Source: Gemmatimonadales bacterium (GTDB lineage: Bacteria > Gemmatimonadota > Gemmatimonadetes > Gemmatimonadales > GWC2-71-9). From it: DNA of 64,000 bases. The stretch covers positions 2,016,001 to 2,080,000 of the forward strand of contig OZ252244.1 in assembly GCA_965249575.1 (NCBI GenBank), in the 5' to 3' direction. The notes below the pieces were generated by a model. That model saw nothing but the letters and a program-made list of their open reading frames with translations. It had not been told where the DNA came from and ran no database searches. Below are positions 38,740-48,084 of the stretch, piece after piece; within the stretch, counting starts at the first letter, position 1, and each line of letters starts with the position of its first letter. The position numbers and the translations under genes were made by a program.

Positions 38740-39757
38740 ATTGCCTCCGGTAACACACCCGTTTTGCGGTACTGGTAGGCCATGCGCTTGAGGCGCGCGA
38801 TTCGTATCGCCATGGGTGGGTGGGTTGCGAGTAGGTCGGCGACGAATCCCTGCTTCGCCGTTAGCCGCCGGCCGAGGGGATCCGCGATGCAAAGATGTGC
38901 GGTTCCGCGGCCCATGGCCTTGGTTGGAGCGTGATGATTCTCGATTGCGCGTAGGGCTTCCGCGAGGCCTGACGGGTTCCGGGTGAACTGCGCCGCCGAT
39001 GCATCGGCGAGGAATTCCCGCTTCCGGCTCACGCCGAGCGCGAGCAAGCGGGAGACGATGGGTGCCACGAGCAGCGTTACGAGCCACAGGACCAGAACGA
39101 CCAGGGCGAGCTTCCCCGCCCCCCCCCGTTTGCCTCCCCGCCCGCCGCGGTGCGCATGACCGCCGAGCCTCAGTACGCGCCAGGCGCTGTCGGAGATCAG
39201 AGCGATGGTTCCGACGAGCGCGGCCAGGAGGGTCATGAGCTTGACGTCGTGGTTGCGAATGTGGGCCATTTCGTGTGCGATGACCCCCTGAAGCTGATCC
39301 CTATTCAGGATCGTCAGGAGGCCTTCCGTAACCGCGACGTGCGCGCTTCGCTCGTCCAGACCGGTAGCAAATGCATTGGGGTCGGGATCGGGGACAATCC
39401 AAACCGTCGGCTTGGGCAGTCCGGAGGCGATTGCCATTTCCTTAACAACGTTTACGAGTCTGCGCTCCTCGGGCGTTGACGCCTCGATGAGCTCCCAGGC
39501 ACCTGTCGCCCAAAGAATCTCCTGGGGCCCTTTTTCCAGCCGTACCAGGCGATGCACCCGCCGATGGCGGTAACAACGACGCCCAACCACGGGAAGACGT
39601 GCCGGTAACCCGCGTCTTCGAGCCCGGCTGGATGAAGAAAGAGGGCGAGATCGCCCCCGAAGCCTACCCAGGCGAAGAACCCCAAAAAGACGGCGACCAG
39701 AAACTGCGAGCGCCGTCGATTCGCCCTCTGCTGAGCGAAGAGATTCGTATCGGTCAC
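38736..39757 (-). CDS. htpX: M48 zinc metalloprotease HtpX, frameshifted near 39530
   Basis: PNAFATG, VTEGLL, HEMAH, SRKREFLAD, THPP; N-terminus (MTDTNLFAQQRANRRRS) is in another frame. Confidence 0.88.
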
Positions 39758-40344
39758 TCTTTAGGCTTGAAGGAGAGGTCGACCTGGGGCAACTCTCGCT
39801 CACGCTCGTCGGAAATTTCCCACAGCTCGACGGGCTCGGCCTTTGCCAAGCCTGCCACGAGATTGGTTGGGAACTGTTGCTGACGAACGTTGTAGGTCGT
39901 GGCCGTATCGTTGTACAGCTGCCGGGCGAAGGAAACGTGGTTCTCCGTCGAGGTGAGCTCCTCTTGGAGTTGCCCGATGTTACCGGTCGCTTTGAGTTGG
40001 GGATACTGCTCGACCACGACGTTCAATCGCGAGAGCGCGGACGATAGCTGCGCCTCGGCTGCCGCGAGCGCCTTAACGCCGCCCGTCGGTAGCGCGTCCG
40101 CCTGGACCTTGGCAGCCTGGTTCCTGGCTTGAATGACGGCCTCCAACGTTTCCCGCTCAAACTCCATGGCGCCTTTGACGGCATTGACGAGGTTTGGGAT
40201 CAGGTCGTGGCGTCGCTTGAGCTGGACGTCGATCTGCTTCCACGCGTTCAGCGTCTCGCCCTTGAGCGCGATGAGTCCGTTGTATGCGGAGATCACCCAA
40301 AACGTGGCTACGATCAAGAGAATCAAGAAAATCCATGTCATCAC
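39754..40344 (-). CDS. lemA: LemA family protein
   Basis: QIDVQLKRRHDLIPNLV, EQYPQLKA, TENHVSFARQLYND, FPTNLVA. Confidence 0.93.
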   Translation of the reverse strand: MMTWIFLILLIVATFWVISAYNGLIALKGETLNAWKQIDVQLKRRHDLIPNLVNAVKGAMEFERETLEAVIQARNQAAKVQADALPTGGVKALAAAEAQLSSALSRLNVVVEQYPQLKATGNIGQLQEELTSTENHVSFARQLYNDTATTYNVRQQQFPTNLVAGLAKAEPVELWEISDERERELPQVDLSFKPKE

Positions 40345-40479
40345 GGGCTCCCGTGTGGGTTGGTCGCTGCGGTGTTGGAGTGAGGTGAAGGGTGGTTCCG
40401 GGCTGCCGGTGGCGTGCGCCGGGGAGAAGGGCTCGAGAAGCGGGTGGCGCGCACCGACCCGGTCGCCTCCGCCCCTGCG

Positions 40480-41133
40480 CTAGTCGGCGCTCTGCGGGTC
40501 GTCCAGTTTCTCGAGGGCTGACCGCACGGCTTCGGCAATCGCATCGGTTGGCACTCCCATCCGGGCGCGCGGGTGCTCAGCACTCATGTGTAGCTCGAGG
40601 CCGGGCTCCAGGGAGATCCGGTGCCAAGTGGCGCTACGAGGACGGGTGTCCCCGCCGGACGAATCCACTCGTCGCCATACGTGTAACGCCCGTCCGGCCC
40701 GTCCGCGCGGCGAGGTGGCGCGCTCCGAGAGTCGAAGGCGTTCCGGTGCGGGAAGCCCGGCCCCGATCGCCGATGCAACTCGCCGCTCCACGATGTCACC
40801 GGTGACGGTTTCGAGCTCCTCGGTGATGGCGGCGAGCGTCGCACCCTCCATCTGCTTGAGCTTGATCGTCAGAACCTGCAGGAGGTGCCGATACGAGTAC
40901 GTGGCCGCCGTGCCACGGCCTTCCGGTGGGGCGACGAGCCCCCGCGTGACGTAGAACCGGATGGTGCGCTCGTTGGGGAGCGCGTTGGCCGCCGCGTTGA
41001 TCGGGCGGATGTCCGAGGCTTCGAGGATTGCCGCGGCGACGGCGGCTAGGTCGCGGAGGTTCCACGGGGCGAGCTTGCGATACTCGCGAAGTGCGGCGAG
41101 GGGCTCTAAGGCTGGCGCGCTTGCCGACCCCAC
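40480..41133 (-). CDS. MerR-family HTH protein
   Basis: ERTIRFYVTRGLV.PP.GRG..ATY...HLLQ; C-terminal WHRISLEPGLELH. Confidence 0.8.
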   Translation of the reverse strand: MGSASAPALEPLAALREYRKLAPWNLRDLAAVAAAILEASDIRPINAAANALPNERTIRFYVTRGLVAPPEGRGTAATYSYRHLLQVLTIKLKQMEGATLAAITEELETVTGDIVERRVASAIGAGLPAPERLRLSERATSPRGRAGRALHVWRRVDSSGGDTRPRSATWHRISLEPGLELHMSAEHPRARMGVPTDAIAEAVRSALEKLDDPQSAD

Positions 41134-41136
41134 GGC

Positions 41137-41532
41137 CTAGTGACCGTTGGCGCGACGACGCTTGCTGGACGTCAACGAGTCCAGCATCTGGAAGACTTCT
41201 ACGAGCTCGAACGGCTTTCTGATCACCGGGAGGGAGTACAACATCAGCCACTCGTGCTGATCTTCCGAATCCGGATTGCTGCTCATGACCGCTAGGCGCG
41301 GGACGAGAGCCGGCCACTGGCTGAGGATGATGTAAAACAGCGTCTGGCCCGACATCGTCGGCATGTGGAGGTCCATGAGCACGGCGTCGACTGAATGACT
41401 GGTCAGCAGCTCGCACGCTTCCTCGCCGGTCGTCGCGATGAGCACTGCGTCCCCGCGCTGCTTGAGCGCCTTCTCCAACGCTCCGCGCACGGACGGATCA
41501 TCGTCCACGATCAAGATTCGCCGGCGACTCAT
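41137..41532 (-). CDS. Stand-alone response regulator receiver protein
   Basis: ILIVDDD, MDLHMP, KPF; ATGA overlap with the AraC gene stop. Confidence 0.88.
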   Translation of the reverse strand: MSRRRILIVDDDPSVRGALEKALKQRGDAVLIATTGEEACELLTSHSVDAVLMDLHMPTMSGQTLFYIILSQWPALVPRLAVMSSNPDSEDQHEWLMLYSLPVIRKPFELVEVFQMLDSLTSSKRRRANGH

Positions 41533-42332
41533 GACACCCGAGCCAGGGTGCGTTTGGCTGCGGCGCTGAAATAGCGGTCGCGGGCGATCGTCAGCGCCTG
41601 TTGTGGGGACAGCGAGACGCGAAGCTCGCCGGGGGTCATCCCAAACACTTCCTTCACGTTCTGGGCAAGAGAGCGCGTCTGCGCGTACCCCAGCTTCGTG
41701 GCCACGTGTTCCACCGTGTATCCCGGGTCCTGGAGCAGCCGGTGCGCGTAAATGGCTCTGAGGACCATCAGCACGACGCTCGGCGAGGGCAAGCCCGCCT
41801 TGGCGAACCACCTCAGGCAGGTGCGGCGGTCCATGCGGGCGCGATCTGCCAGTTCCTGTACGGACTGCACGGCGCCGGGTTCGCGAATAACCGTCTCGAT
41901 TGCCCACCGTAGCTCGCTCGGGAATTCCTGAAGGACGTCGGCAAGGCCGGCGACCAGTCGGCCCGACACCGCATTGGCAGCCTCGCCGCTCAACAGCTCA
42001 GCGAGCCGCGCGGGATGATCGTCGTGCCGTGCGACCACGACCTGCGATATCCCCGCCTGGCCGAGCGCCAGCAGCACTGGGGCGACTGCGGGGGAAAGGT
42101 GAGTGTAGAGAATCACGGGGAGTGACGGGAACAGCACCCGCAGCCGTTCGATTTCTCTGGCTCGCGCCTCACCCTCGAGCGCCGGGTCGAGGACACCCAT
42201 TTCGACCGGCTTGCTCAAGATCGTGTCCAAGGTCGCATCCCACCGGGAGGTGGGTGCGAATCGGAACCGGTCGCGAGCCGCGTACCGGAGCCGGCTCAGG
42301 AGAGATCCTTCAACGGCTGCTAATACGAGCAT
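41529..42332 (-). CDS. AraC/XylS-family regulator with receiver-like N-terminus
   Basis: C-terminal double HTH SVQELA...DRRT...TVEHVATKLGY...FGMTP; N-terminal VLDP...PVILYT; ATG at 42332 preferred. Confidence 0.85.
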   Translation of the reverse strand: MLVLAAVEGSLLSRLRYAARDRFRFAPTSRWDATLDTILSKPVEMGVLDPALEGEARAREIERLRVLFPSLPVILYTHLSPAVAPVLLALGQAGISQVVVARHDDHPARLAELLSGEAANAVSGRLVAGLADVLQEFPSELRWAIETVIREPGAVQSVQELADRARMDRRTCLRWFAKAGLPSPSVVLMVLRAIYAHRLLQDPGYTVEHVATKLGYAQTRSLAQNVKEVFGMTPGELRVSLSPQQALTIARDRYFSAAAKRTLARVS

Positions 42333-42335
42333 GAA

Positions 42336-42369
42336 TGTCCCAAAAACGACATAAACTGTCCCAAAAACG
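42336..42369. promoter_or_regulatory. Perfect 13-bp direct repeat with 21-bp period (AraC-type operator candidate)
   Basis: TGTCCCAAAAACG at 42336-42348 and 42357-42369 in the divergent intergenic region. Confidence 0.7.
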
Positions 42370-42464
42370 CCCTTCTGGTCGCTGCTACCGCGGCGCACCT
42401 TGTGACCCGTATCACAGTTTGGTGCACAGCAGTTCCACTTCAAGGGCTCCATGCCGGAGGTCCT

Positions 42465-42596
42465 ATGCCCCGCCGTGTCCGTCTCTTTCTGTTCGCCGTT
42501 GTCGCGTCCGTGGCCCTGTCCACGGCGGCCTGTTCGAACATTGCCGGTCCGTCATTCGAGTGCGGCGGCGGCTCGCAGAACTCCGACACCTGCTAG
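42465..42596 (+). CDS. 43-aa exported (lipo)peptide
   Basis: GGAGG RBS at 42456; MPRRVRLFLFAVVASVALSTAACSNIAGPSFECGGGSQNSDTC with basic n-region, h-region and TAAC lipobox-like site. Confidence 0.7.
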   Translation: MPRRVRLFLFAVVASVALSTAACSNIAGPSFECGGGSQNSDTC

Positions 42597-43850
42597 CTAA
42601 ATAGTCGCTCGTAGCAATTGGAGCTGGTCGGCTACACCGTTCACGTCCGGATCGGCAGCCCAACCAACGGGTTTGCCGACCGGCTCCTTCGGAAGCTCGA
42701 CCTCCTCCAGAGCCCTCTCCGCCCGGAACAAGTATTCGTTTAGGTTGTACTTCTCCGCGCGGCGTATTGCCTTTCGTAGGTAACTGCGCCCGCGCCGAAG
42801 CATCCCAAAAGACGCCAGACCAACGCCCGTCCTGAGGTCTAGGTCGACTACTGCGTCCGGCGGGATACCTGGCTGCATCGCATCGAGTTCTCGTCTCCAT
42901 CGTTCAAACGACAAACGGTTCCCGGTGCTGGATGCAATATCCAAAAGCTCTAGCATAGCGTTGACGCGTATCGTTGGTGTGTCCTCTCCCGCAAGTATGA
43001 TCTGAAAGGCGTCCTCCGCCGCGGCATGGTACCCCAACGATTTCAATGCCTCCCCGAGGTCCGACAATGCGCGATGCCGATTGGCCGGCCGCTCGTAGAG
43101 CACGTAGGCCTTATATGCGTAGCTAACGGCCTCCGTGCTCCGACCCTGATGCTGGACAGCAACAGCAAGGTCGTGCAGGGCACGAGCCGCCGCGTCTCGG
43201 TCCCCAAGTGCCTCGGCCTCGGCAAGCACCGCCCGCAGCATCCGCTCGGAGCCTGGCAGGTTGCCGAGCTTCTGCATGACAATGGCCCGGCCGATCCGAC
43301 TCAGCAGCTCGGAGTGGCGGTCGCCGATTTTCAGCGCAGCGTCCCCACCGATCGTATAAGCGGCCATGGCTTCGTCGAGGCGGCTGGCCCGACGCAGCGC
43401 CCTTCCGCGCTGGAGATTGGCCGCCACCGTTTCTTGGGTTTCCTGCTCCTCCCTCAACCTGAGCAACGTGTCGAGAACGTCCAGTGCTTCTGCCAGGCGG
43501 AGCCCCTGTTCGAGCGAGTAGGCGAATGCGAGCATCGGGGGCCATAGTAATCGCTGGTTTTCAGACGTCCGTACCGACTCGGCCACGCGCAGGATCTCTC
43601 GCAGATGGCTGGTATCGGGGTTCGTTGGGCTCAGGGACTCGATGTATTCAGCCGCCGCGCTGATCTGATACGCCAACGCCCCATCCGATCGCGGGCGCCC
43701 AGGCGCAAACAGATCGATGATTCGCATGGTAAGAAAGCCGCCGAGGGCATGAGGCTGGAAACCGATGTCCGCCTCCGATGCACGCTCCAAAAACGACTCG
43801 TGGAGCTGGATGCCGTCTCGCGCGTCCGCTATGGATGGCGCGTTTATCAC
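42597..43850 (-). CDS. Cytoplasmic tetratricopeptide-repeat protein
   Basis: Repeated TPR-like helices (GRALRRASRLDEAMAAY, ARALHDLA, RALSDLG); no signal peptide or evident HTH. Confidence 0.8.
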   Translation of the reverse strand: MINAPSIADARDGIQLHESFLERASEADIGFQPHALGGFLTMRIIDLFAPGRPRSDGALAYQISAAAEYIESLSPTNPDTSHLREILRVAESVRTSENQRLLWPPMLAFAYSLEQGLRLAEALDVLDTLLRLREEQETQETVAANLQRGRALRRASRLDEAMAAYTIGGDAALKIGDRHSELLSRIGRAIVMQKLGNLPGSERMLRAVLAEAEALGDRDAAARALHDLAVAVQHQGRSTEAVSYAYKAYVLYERPANRHRALSDLGEALKSLGYHAAAEDAFQIILAGEDTPTIRVNAMLELLDIASSTGNRLSFERWRRELDAMQPGIPPDAVVDLDLRTGVGLASFGMLRRGRSYLRKAIRRAEKYNLNEYLFRAERALEEVELPKEPVGKPVGWAADPDVNGVADQLQLLRATI

Positions 43851-43942
43851 GTCAGACCTCGTGGGTTTAGCCCAAATCGTTGGTAGTAAGCCAAGTATGC
43901 CCCCCTTTTGTGGTTACGGCAAGTAGACCGAACGGTGATGGG

Positions 43943-43958
43943 TGCAGTTCCCGTGCCA
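43943..43958 (-). promoter_or_regulatory. Sigma54 (-24/-12) promoter candidate for the TPR gene
   Basis: Minus strand TGGCACGGGAACTGCA vs consensus TGGCAC-N5-TTGCW; ~90 bp upstream of the TPR start. Confidence 0.6.
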
Positions 43959-44046
43959 TCCCTCCGCTGGTTTACGCGTCGAAAAATGGGCCACTTAGGC
44001 GGGTTCTTGGGTCGGTCTGATGGCGAGACGCACGGCATGTTGCCCC

Positions 44047-44475
44047 ATGCGAAAAGGCCACACGTTGTGGGAGATCATGGTGGTACTCGTCCTGGTTGGG
44101 GTCCTGACGGCAGTCGGGGGGGCGCGGGTACCGCAATGGCTTGACAGGATTGCGGTTAGGCGTGCGGCTGGCGAATTGGCCGCTTTCTATCAGGTGGCCC
44201 GTTTCCGTGCGGTATTGCGGTCCCGCCGGGTGCGGATCGAGCTTCGTCCGGACGTGTTGCGCGCGGTCTACGATGGAGTGTCCGATTCTCAGCTGATCTC
44301 GATTCCCGGCCCGCGGCGGTACGGGGTTCAGATGGCGGTTTCCCGGCCTATGATCGGCATCCATCCGAACGGAGTGGGGTAGGGCGCCTCGAACACGAAG
44401 GTTGTGCTGCGGCGGGGGCTGGCTGCGGAATCGCTCACGACGTCTCGCGTCGGGAGGATCAAACGCTGGCGCTAG
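44047..44475 (+). pseudogene. Prepilin (FimT/GspH-like) with in-frame TAG at 44380-44382
   Basis: MRKG/HTLWEIMVVL prepilin motif; frame continues GASNTKVVLRRG...SRVGRIKRWR* after the TAG. Confidence 0.7.
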
Positions 44476-45550
44476 TGCTCGGCTTCCAAATCTTCGCTCA
44501 AGAAGACAAGTGTCTTGCGCCTGGAGATCGCGGCGGCGACTGCCTCCATGATCCGTGGATCGATCACCGTGCCGACGAGTGAGCGCATTCGATTGGTGGC
44601 GTCTTCGGGGCTGACCTTTTCCTGGTAGGGTCGCGAGGTGGTGAGCGCGTCATAGATCTCGGCCGCACATAAGATGCGGCCCCCGAGCGGGATGTCGTCG
44701 CCCGTGAGACCATCGGGGTAGCCACTCCCGTCCCAGTGCTCGTGATGACTCCTGACGAGGCCCACGATTGGGCCGAGGTGCTGCAGGGGCGCGAGAATCT
44801 GCGAACCGATGACGACGTGCTCCTTGACGTGCTCGTACTCTTCGCGAGTGAGCGGTCCCTTCTTGTTCAGGACCGCTTCGCGAACGCCGATCTTGCCCAG
44901 GTCATGGAGCCGGCCGGCCATCCGGGTTTGCTCGATCTCATCGTCGGAGAGTCCGAGCTCGTTAGCGATCGTCGCCGAGAAGGCCGCCACTCGCGCAGAG
45001 TCCCCGTTTGAAACTGGTCCTTTGCCTCTAAGGCGTTGATGAGAGCCTCGAGGGTTGCCACGTTGATCTGTTCGAGCTTCGCTCGCTCGCGTTCCAGCTC
45101 GGCCGATCGGCTCGCGACCTCTTCACGGAGCCAGGTAGAGATGTGACGGCTCTCCAGCATCGTGTGCCGGCGTCGCAGGGCTCGGTCGACGGCCTTGCTG
45201 AGGTCACTCAGCTCGATGGGCTTGGTGAGATAGTCGACGGCGCCGCGCTGCATGCAAATCGCGGCCGACGTCGCGTCCGTCATCGCCGAGAGCATCAAGA
45301 TGGCAAGGTCAGGATCGATATCGAGTGCCTCCACGACCACGTCGGTGCCGCTCATTCCGGGCATCCTGATGTCGAGGAGCATGAGGCTGGTTTGGCCCTG
45401 ACGCAGTTGCTCGAGCGCCTCCTCGCCCGTTCTGGCGGCCTTCACCGAATAGCCGCGCTGCTCGAGGTAGCGCACCAACGCGCTACGAAGCAGGTCCTCG
45501 TCATCGACGACGAGGACGGAAGTGTCCGTGGCTCGCTCAGCGGATGTCAA
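44472..45550 (-). CDS. HD-GYP c-di-GMP phosphodiesterase response regulator (RpfG-like), frameshifted near 45003
   Basis: REC (VVDDE, DIRMP, KP); ALEAKD; HDLGK; HHEHWDGSGYP; DALTTSRPY. Confidence 0.85.
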
Positions 45551-45658
45551 GGTGCCATCGTCGCTCAATACCGAAGCCGCGCATAGCGAACAAGAATAAC
45601 CCGTCCGTGGCGGTGCGCAACGCACAGATGATCGGCAATGTGCAGGGCCCCGGCGGGA

Positions 45659-46549
45659 TCAACCAGTTTCATTTCCATTCACGTCTCCGCGATCACGTGC
45701 GCCCTTGTCATCGACGTAGATGGGAGTCACTCGGCGCGGCACGATCCCAGCCAGCGCCGCCCACTTGAGGAGAGTGCTCACGGCGTTGCGTCCCTTCTCA
45801 CCGTAGTCGAGGGTGTAGTCGTTGACGTACATTCCCACGAACCGGTCGGCGTCGCGACGGCTCAGCCCCCGCGCGAAGTCCATTGCGTAGTCGAGTGCCT
45901 CGTTTCGGTTCTCGATCGCGTAGAGGATGCTGGCCCTGAGGTCACGCGATATCGAGCGTGTCAGCGAGACGCCTAGGTCTCGGCGCACCACGTTTCCCCC
46001 CAGTGGCAGCGGCAAACCGGTCTCCTGAAACCACCACTCACCGAGATCGGCCCAGAGGTGAAGCCCGCGCTCCGCGTAGGTCAGCTGACCCTCGTGAATC
46101 AGGAGACCCGCGGCGACGTCCCCCCGTAGCGTCGCGTCCTCGATCTCGTCGAACGGTGTTACCACCGGCACAAACTCCGGTTGGAAGAGCCGTAGGGCCA
46201 ATGCGGCGGTCGTTAGCGATCCCGGAATGGCCACCCGCTGTGCGCGGATTGCCGTTCGTGGACTCGAGGTCGGGGGCTGAACGGCAATGAGGCGAGGACC
46301 GTAGCGGTCCCCGAACGACGCGCCATGAGGCAACAGGTCGTAATGATCCGCAAGGTGGGCGTAAGCGTGAAACGAGACTGCCGTGACGTCCAGTTCGGTG
46401 TTCATGGCCCGTCGGTTGAGCGCCTCGATATCGGCGAGTTCGTGAGCATATCGTCGGTCCCCGGTGTCGACCTTCCCTTCCGCGAGGGCGTAGAACATGA
46501 AGGCATCGTCGGAATCTGGACTGTGGGCGAGCGTAATCGTTGGGCTCAT
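45659..46549 (-). CDS. mqnD: 1,4-dihydroxy-6-naphthoate synthase (futalosine menaquinone pathway)
   Basis: AHSPDSDDAFMFYAL, DIEALN, LIHEGQLTY, DLGEWW..ETGLPLPLG, GMYVN. Confidence 0.88.
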   Translation of the reverse strand: MSPTITLAHSPDSDDAFMFYALAEGKVDTGDRRYAHELADIEALNRRAMNTELDVTAVSFHAYAHLADHYDLLPHGASFGDRYGPRLIAVQPPTSSPRTAIRAQRVAIPGSLTTAALALRLFQPEFVPVVTPFDEIEDATLRGDVAAGLLIHEGQLTYAERGLHLWADLGEWWFQETGLPLPLGGNVVRRDLGVSLTRSISRDLRASILYAIENRNEALDYAMDFARGLSRRDADRFVGMYVNDYTLDYGEKGRNAVSTLLKWAALAGIVPRRVTPIYVDDKGARDRGDVNGNETG

Positions 46550-47262
46550 CGATTGCTTAGCTCTCCGAGAACGCGGCGAGCCTCCTCGCCGAACGCTTCG
46601 AGTGTGCGGAGATGATGCCGGTACTCTTCGCGGACGCTGGCCAGCTCCTCGTCGTACCGCTCGAGGAAGGCTCGATACTCTCGGCGCAACGCGGCCGGAT
46701 TGGCTGTCCGCAGCAACTCCGCGCGAGCGACCGACAGCAGCAGATGCCGCGGGCTGCTTGCCTCGAGATCGCCGAGCTCTGAGCGAGCGGATGCTGTATC
46801 TCCTGAGGTCATGTGGATGAGGGCAAGGTGATAGTGTGCGTCGTCATCCAACTCGTCTAGCAGCGCGTATGCATCGATCGCCATGCGTCCGAAGAAGTGG
46901 GCTTCCTCTGTGTCTCCCCGCTCGGAGGCCGCCATGACGCGGTCGAAAAGGCGATCAGCCCGCTCGCGCGGAGACATTGCACTGATGTCCGGGGCGGGTC
47001 CGAGGCGGCTGGCCGCCTGTGATTCCAACGGCGGTACAGCGCTGGGGTCGTCGGCCGACCCGCGGTCGGCATCTGCCCCGAATCTCATGGCCGCTACGAT
47101 CGCGAACGCGGTGAGGGCGGCGCCGGCCCCGATCCAGGGTACGGAGAGCTTCCTCCCGGGACGGCGGCCGAGTGGCGTGCCACACAGGTGGCAAAACCGC
47201 GCACCTTGGCTCAGCTCCGCGCGACACGCCGGGCAGGCGCCGATCACTTCACCATCTGGCAT
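46546..47262 (-). CDS. Zinc-ribbon, single TM, TPR-like protein
   Basis: CPAC...FCHLCG, TM helix, helical C-terminus. Confidence 0.75.
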   Translation of the reverse strand: MPDGEVIGACPACRAELSQGARFCHLCGTPLGRRPGRKLSVPWIGAGAALTAFAIVAAMRFGADADRGSADDPSAVPPLESQAASRLGPAPDISAMSPRERADRLFDRVMAASERGDTEEAHFFGRMAIDAYALLDELDDDAHYHLALIHMTSGDTASARSELGDLEASSPRHLLLSVARAELLRTANPAALRREYRAFLERYDEELASVREEYRHHLRTLEAFGEEARRVLGELSNR

Positions 47263-47388
47263 TCATGGCTGACAGAATGTAGCTGGCGGTTCGGTGGGCG
47301 AGTAGTCGTTCGATCGCTCGTTGCGGAAAGCCGTCCCACACCTCTGGCCGCCTACCCGAGCCGGGCCCTCGGTGTTACTGTAGCGCGC

Positions 47389-47688
47389 ATGGGAGTAGAA
47401 TCCGGCGGGACCCCAAACCCGCGCCGCTTCGATCCTTCGCTGAGCGAGATCAAGACCTATCAGATGGGCGAACTCGTCCGTGGGGAAAACCGGTGGGACG
47501 TCCTACTAGAGACCGTGCCGGACGCGGACGTCGGTGGGATTCGTGGCCGAATCCACTTCGTGGCGGGTAACGCCGATCGACTGTCGGGCTGGATCTTTCT
47601 CGAGTGGTCGGAGAAGGACATCGACACTCGCTTCAATGACTTTTCCGCGCAGGAAATGTGGAACCTGCTCGATTCGCTCGCTGAATAG
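47389..47688 (+). CDS. Hypothetical protein
   Basis: ATG at 47389; globular-looking sequence (RGRIHF...WIFLEWSE). Confidence 0.6.
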   Translation: MGVESGGTPNPRRFDPSLSEIKTYQMGELVRGENRWDVLLETVPDADVGGIRGRIHFVAGNADRLSGWIFLEWSEKDIDTRFNDFSAQEMWNLLDSLAE

Positions 47689-47884
47689 CGCGGCGAGCAC
47701 GCGTCTGGAGCGCCCATCCCGTCTGAAGTCCGTCGTTGCGGCCTTATATTCCCGTTATAAGCGCTGCACGCGGTAATACCCAAGAGATCCCGCGATGCAC
47801 CATCGTGCCGGATGAATCTTGTACGACTGCGGATCCACTCGGATCGAGTATGGAATCGGTGCGACGATATCCCTGATGGGCATG

Positions 47885-48066
47885 GGAGGGAGCACAACGA
47901 GGTGCTGGCGGCGATTGGCGACGATATCTGGGCTGACGTCCAAGGGGGGCAGACGGCGGGCTTCGAGGGATGGCTGGTTCGGACCGGCAAGTATCGAGAA
48001 GACGCTTTGAGCTCGAGCGGGGTGGAACCGGATCGGATTCTCGATTCGGTTGCTACGCTCGCCTAG
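47885..48066 (+). pseudogene. HAD-IIA hydrolase C-terminal fragment
   Basis: IGDDIWADVQGGQ.AG...LVRTGKYR...PDRILDSV; N-terminal DxD motif missing. Confidence 0.7.
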
Positions 48067-48084
48067 CCGACACCGTCCTCGGAC

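Noticed and set aside
44380..44382. Stop-codon recoding (pyrrolysine/selenocysteine or alternative code)
   Set aside because: The in-frame stops are of three different types (TAA, TGA, TAG) and normal genes use all three as stops; mutation or sequence error is simpler
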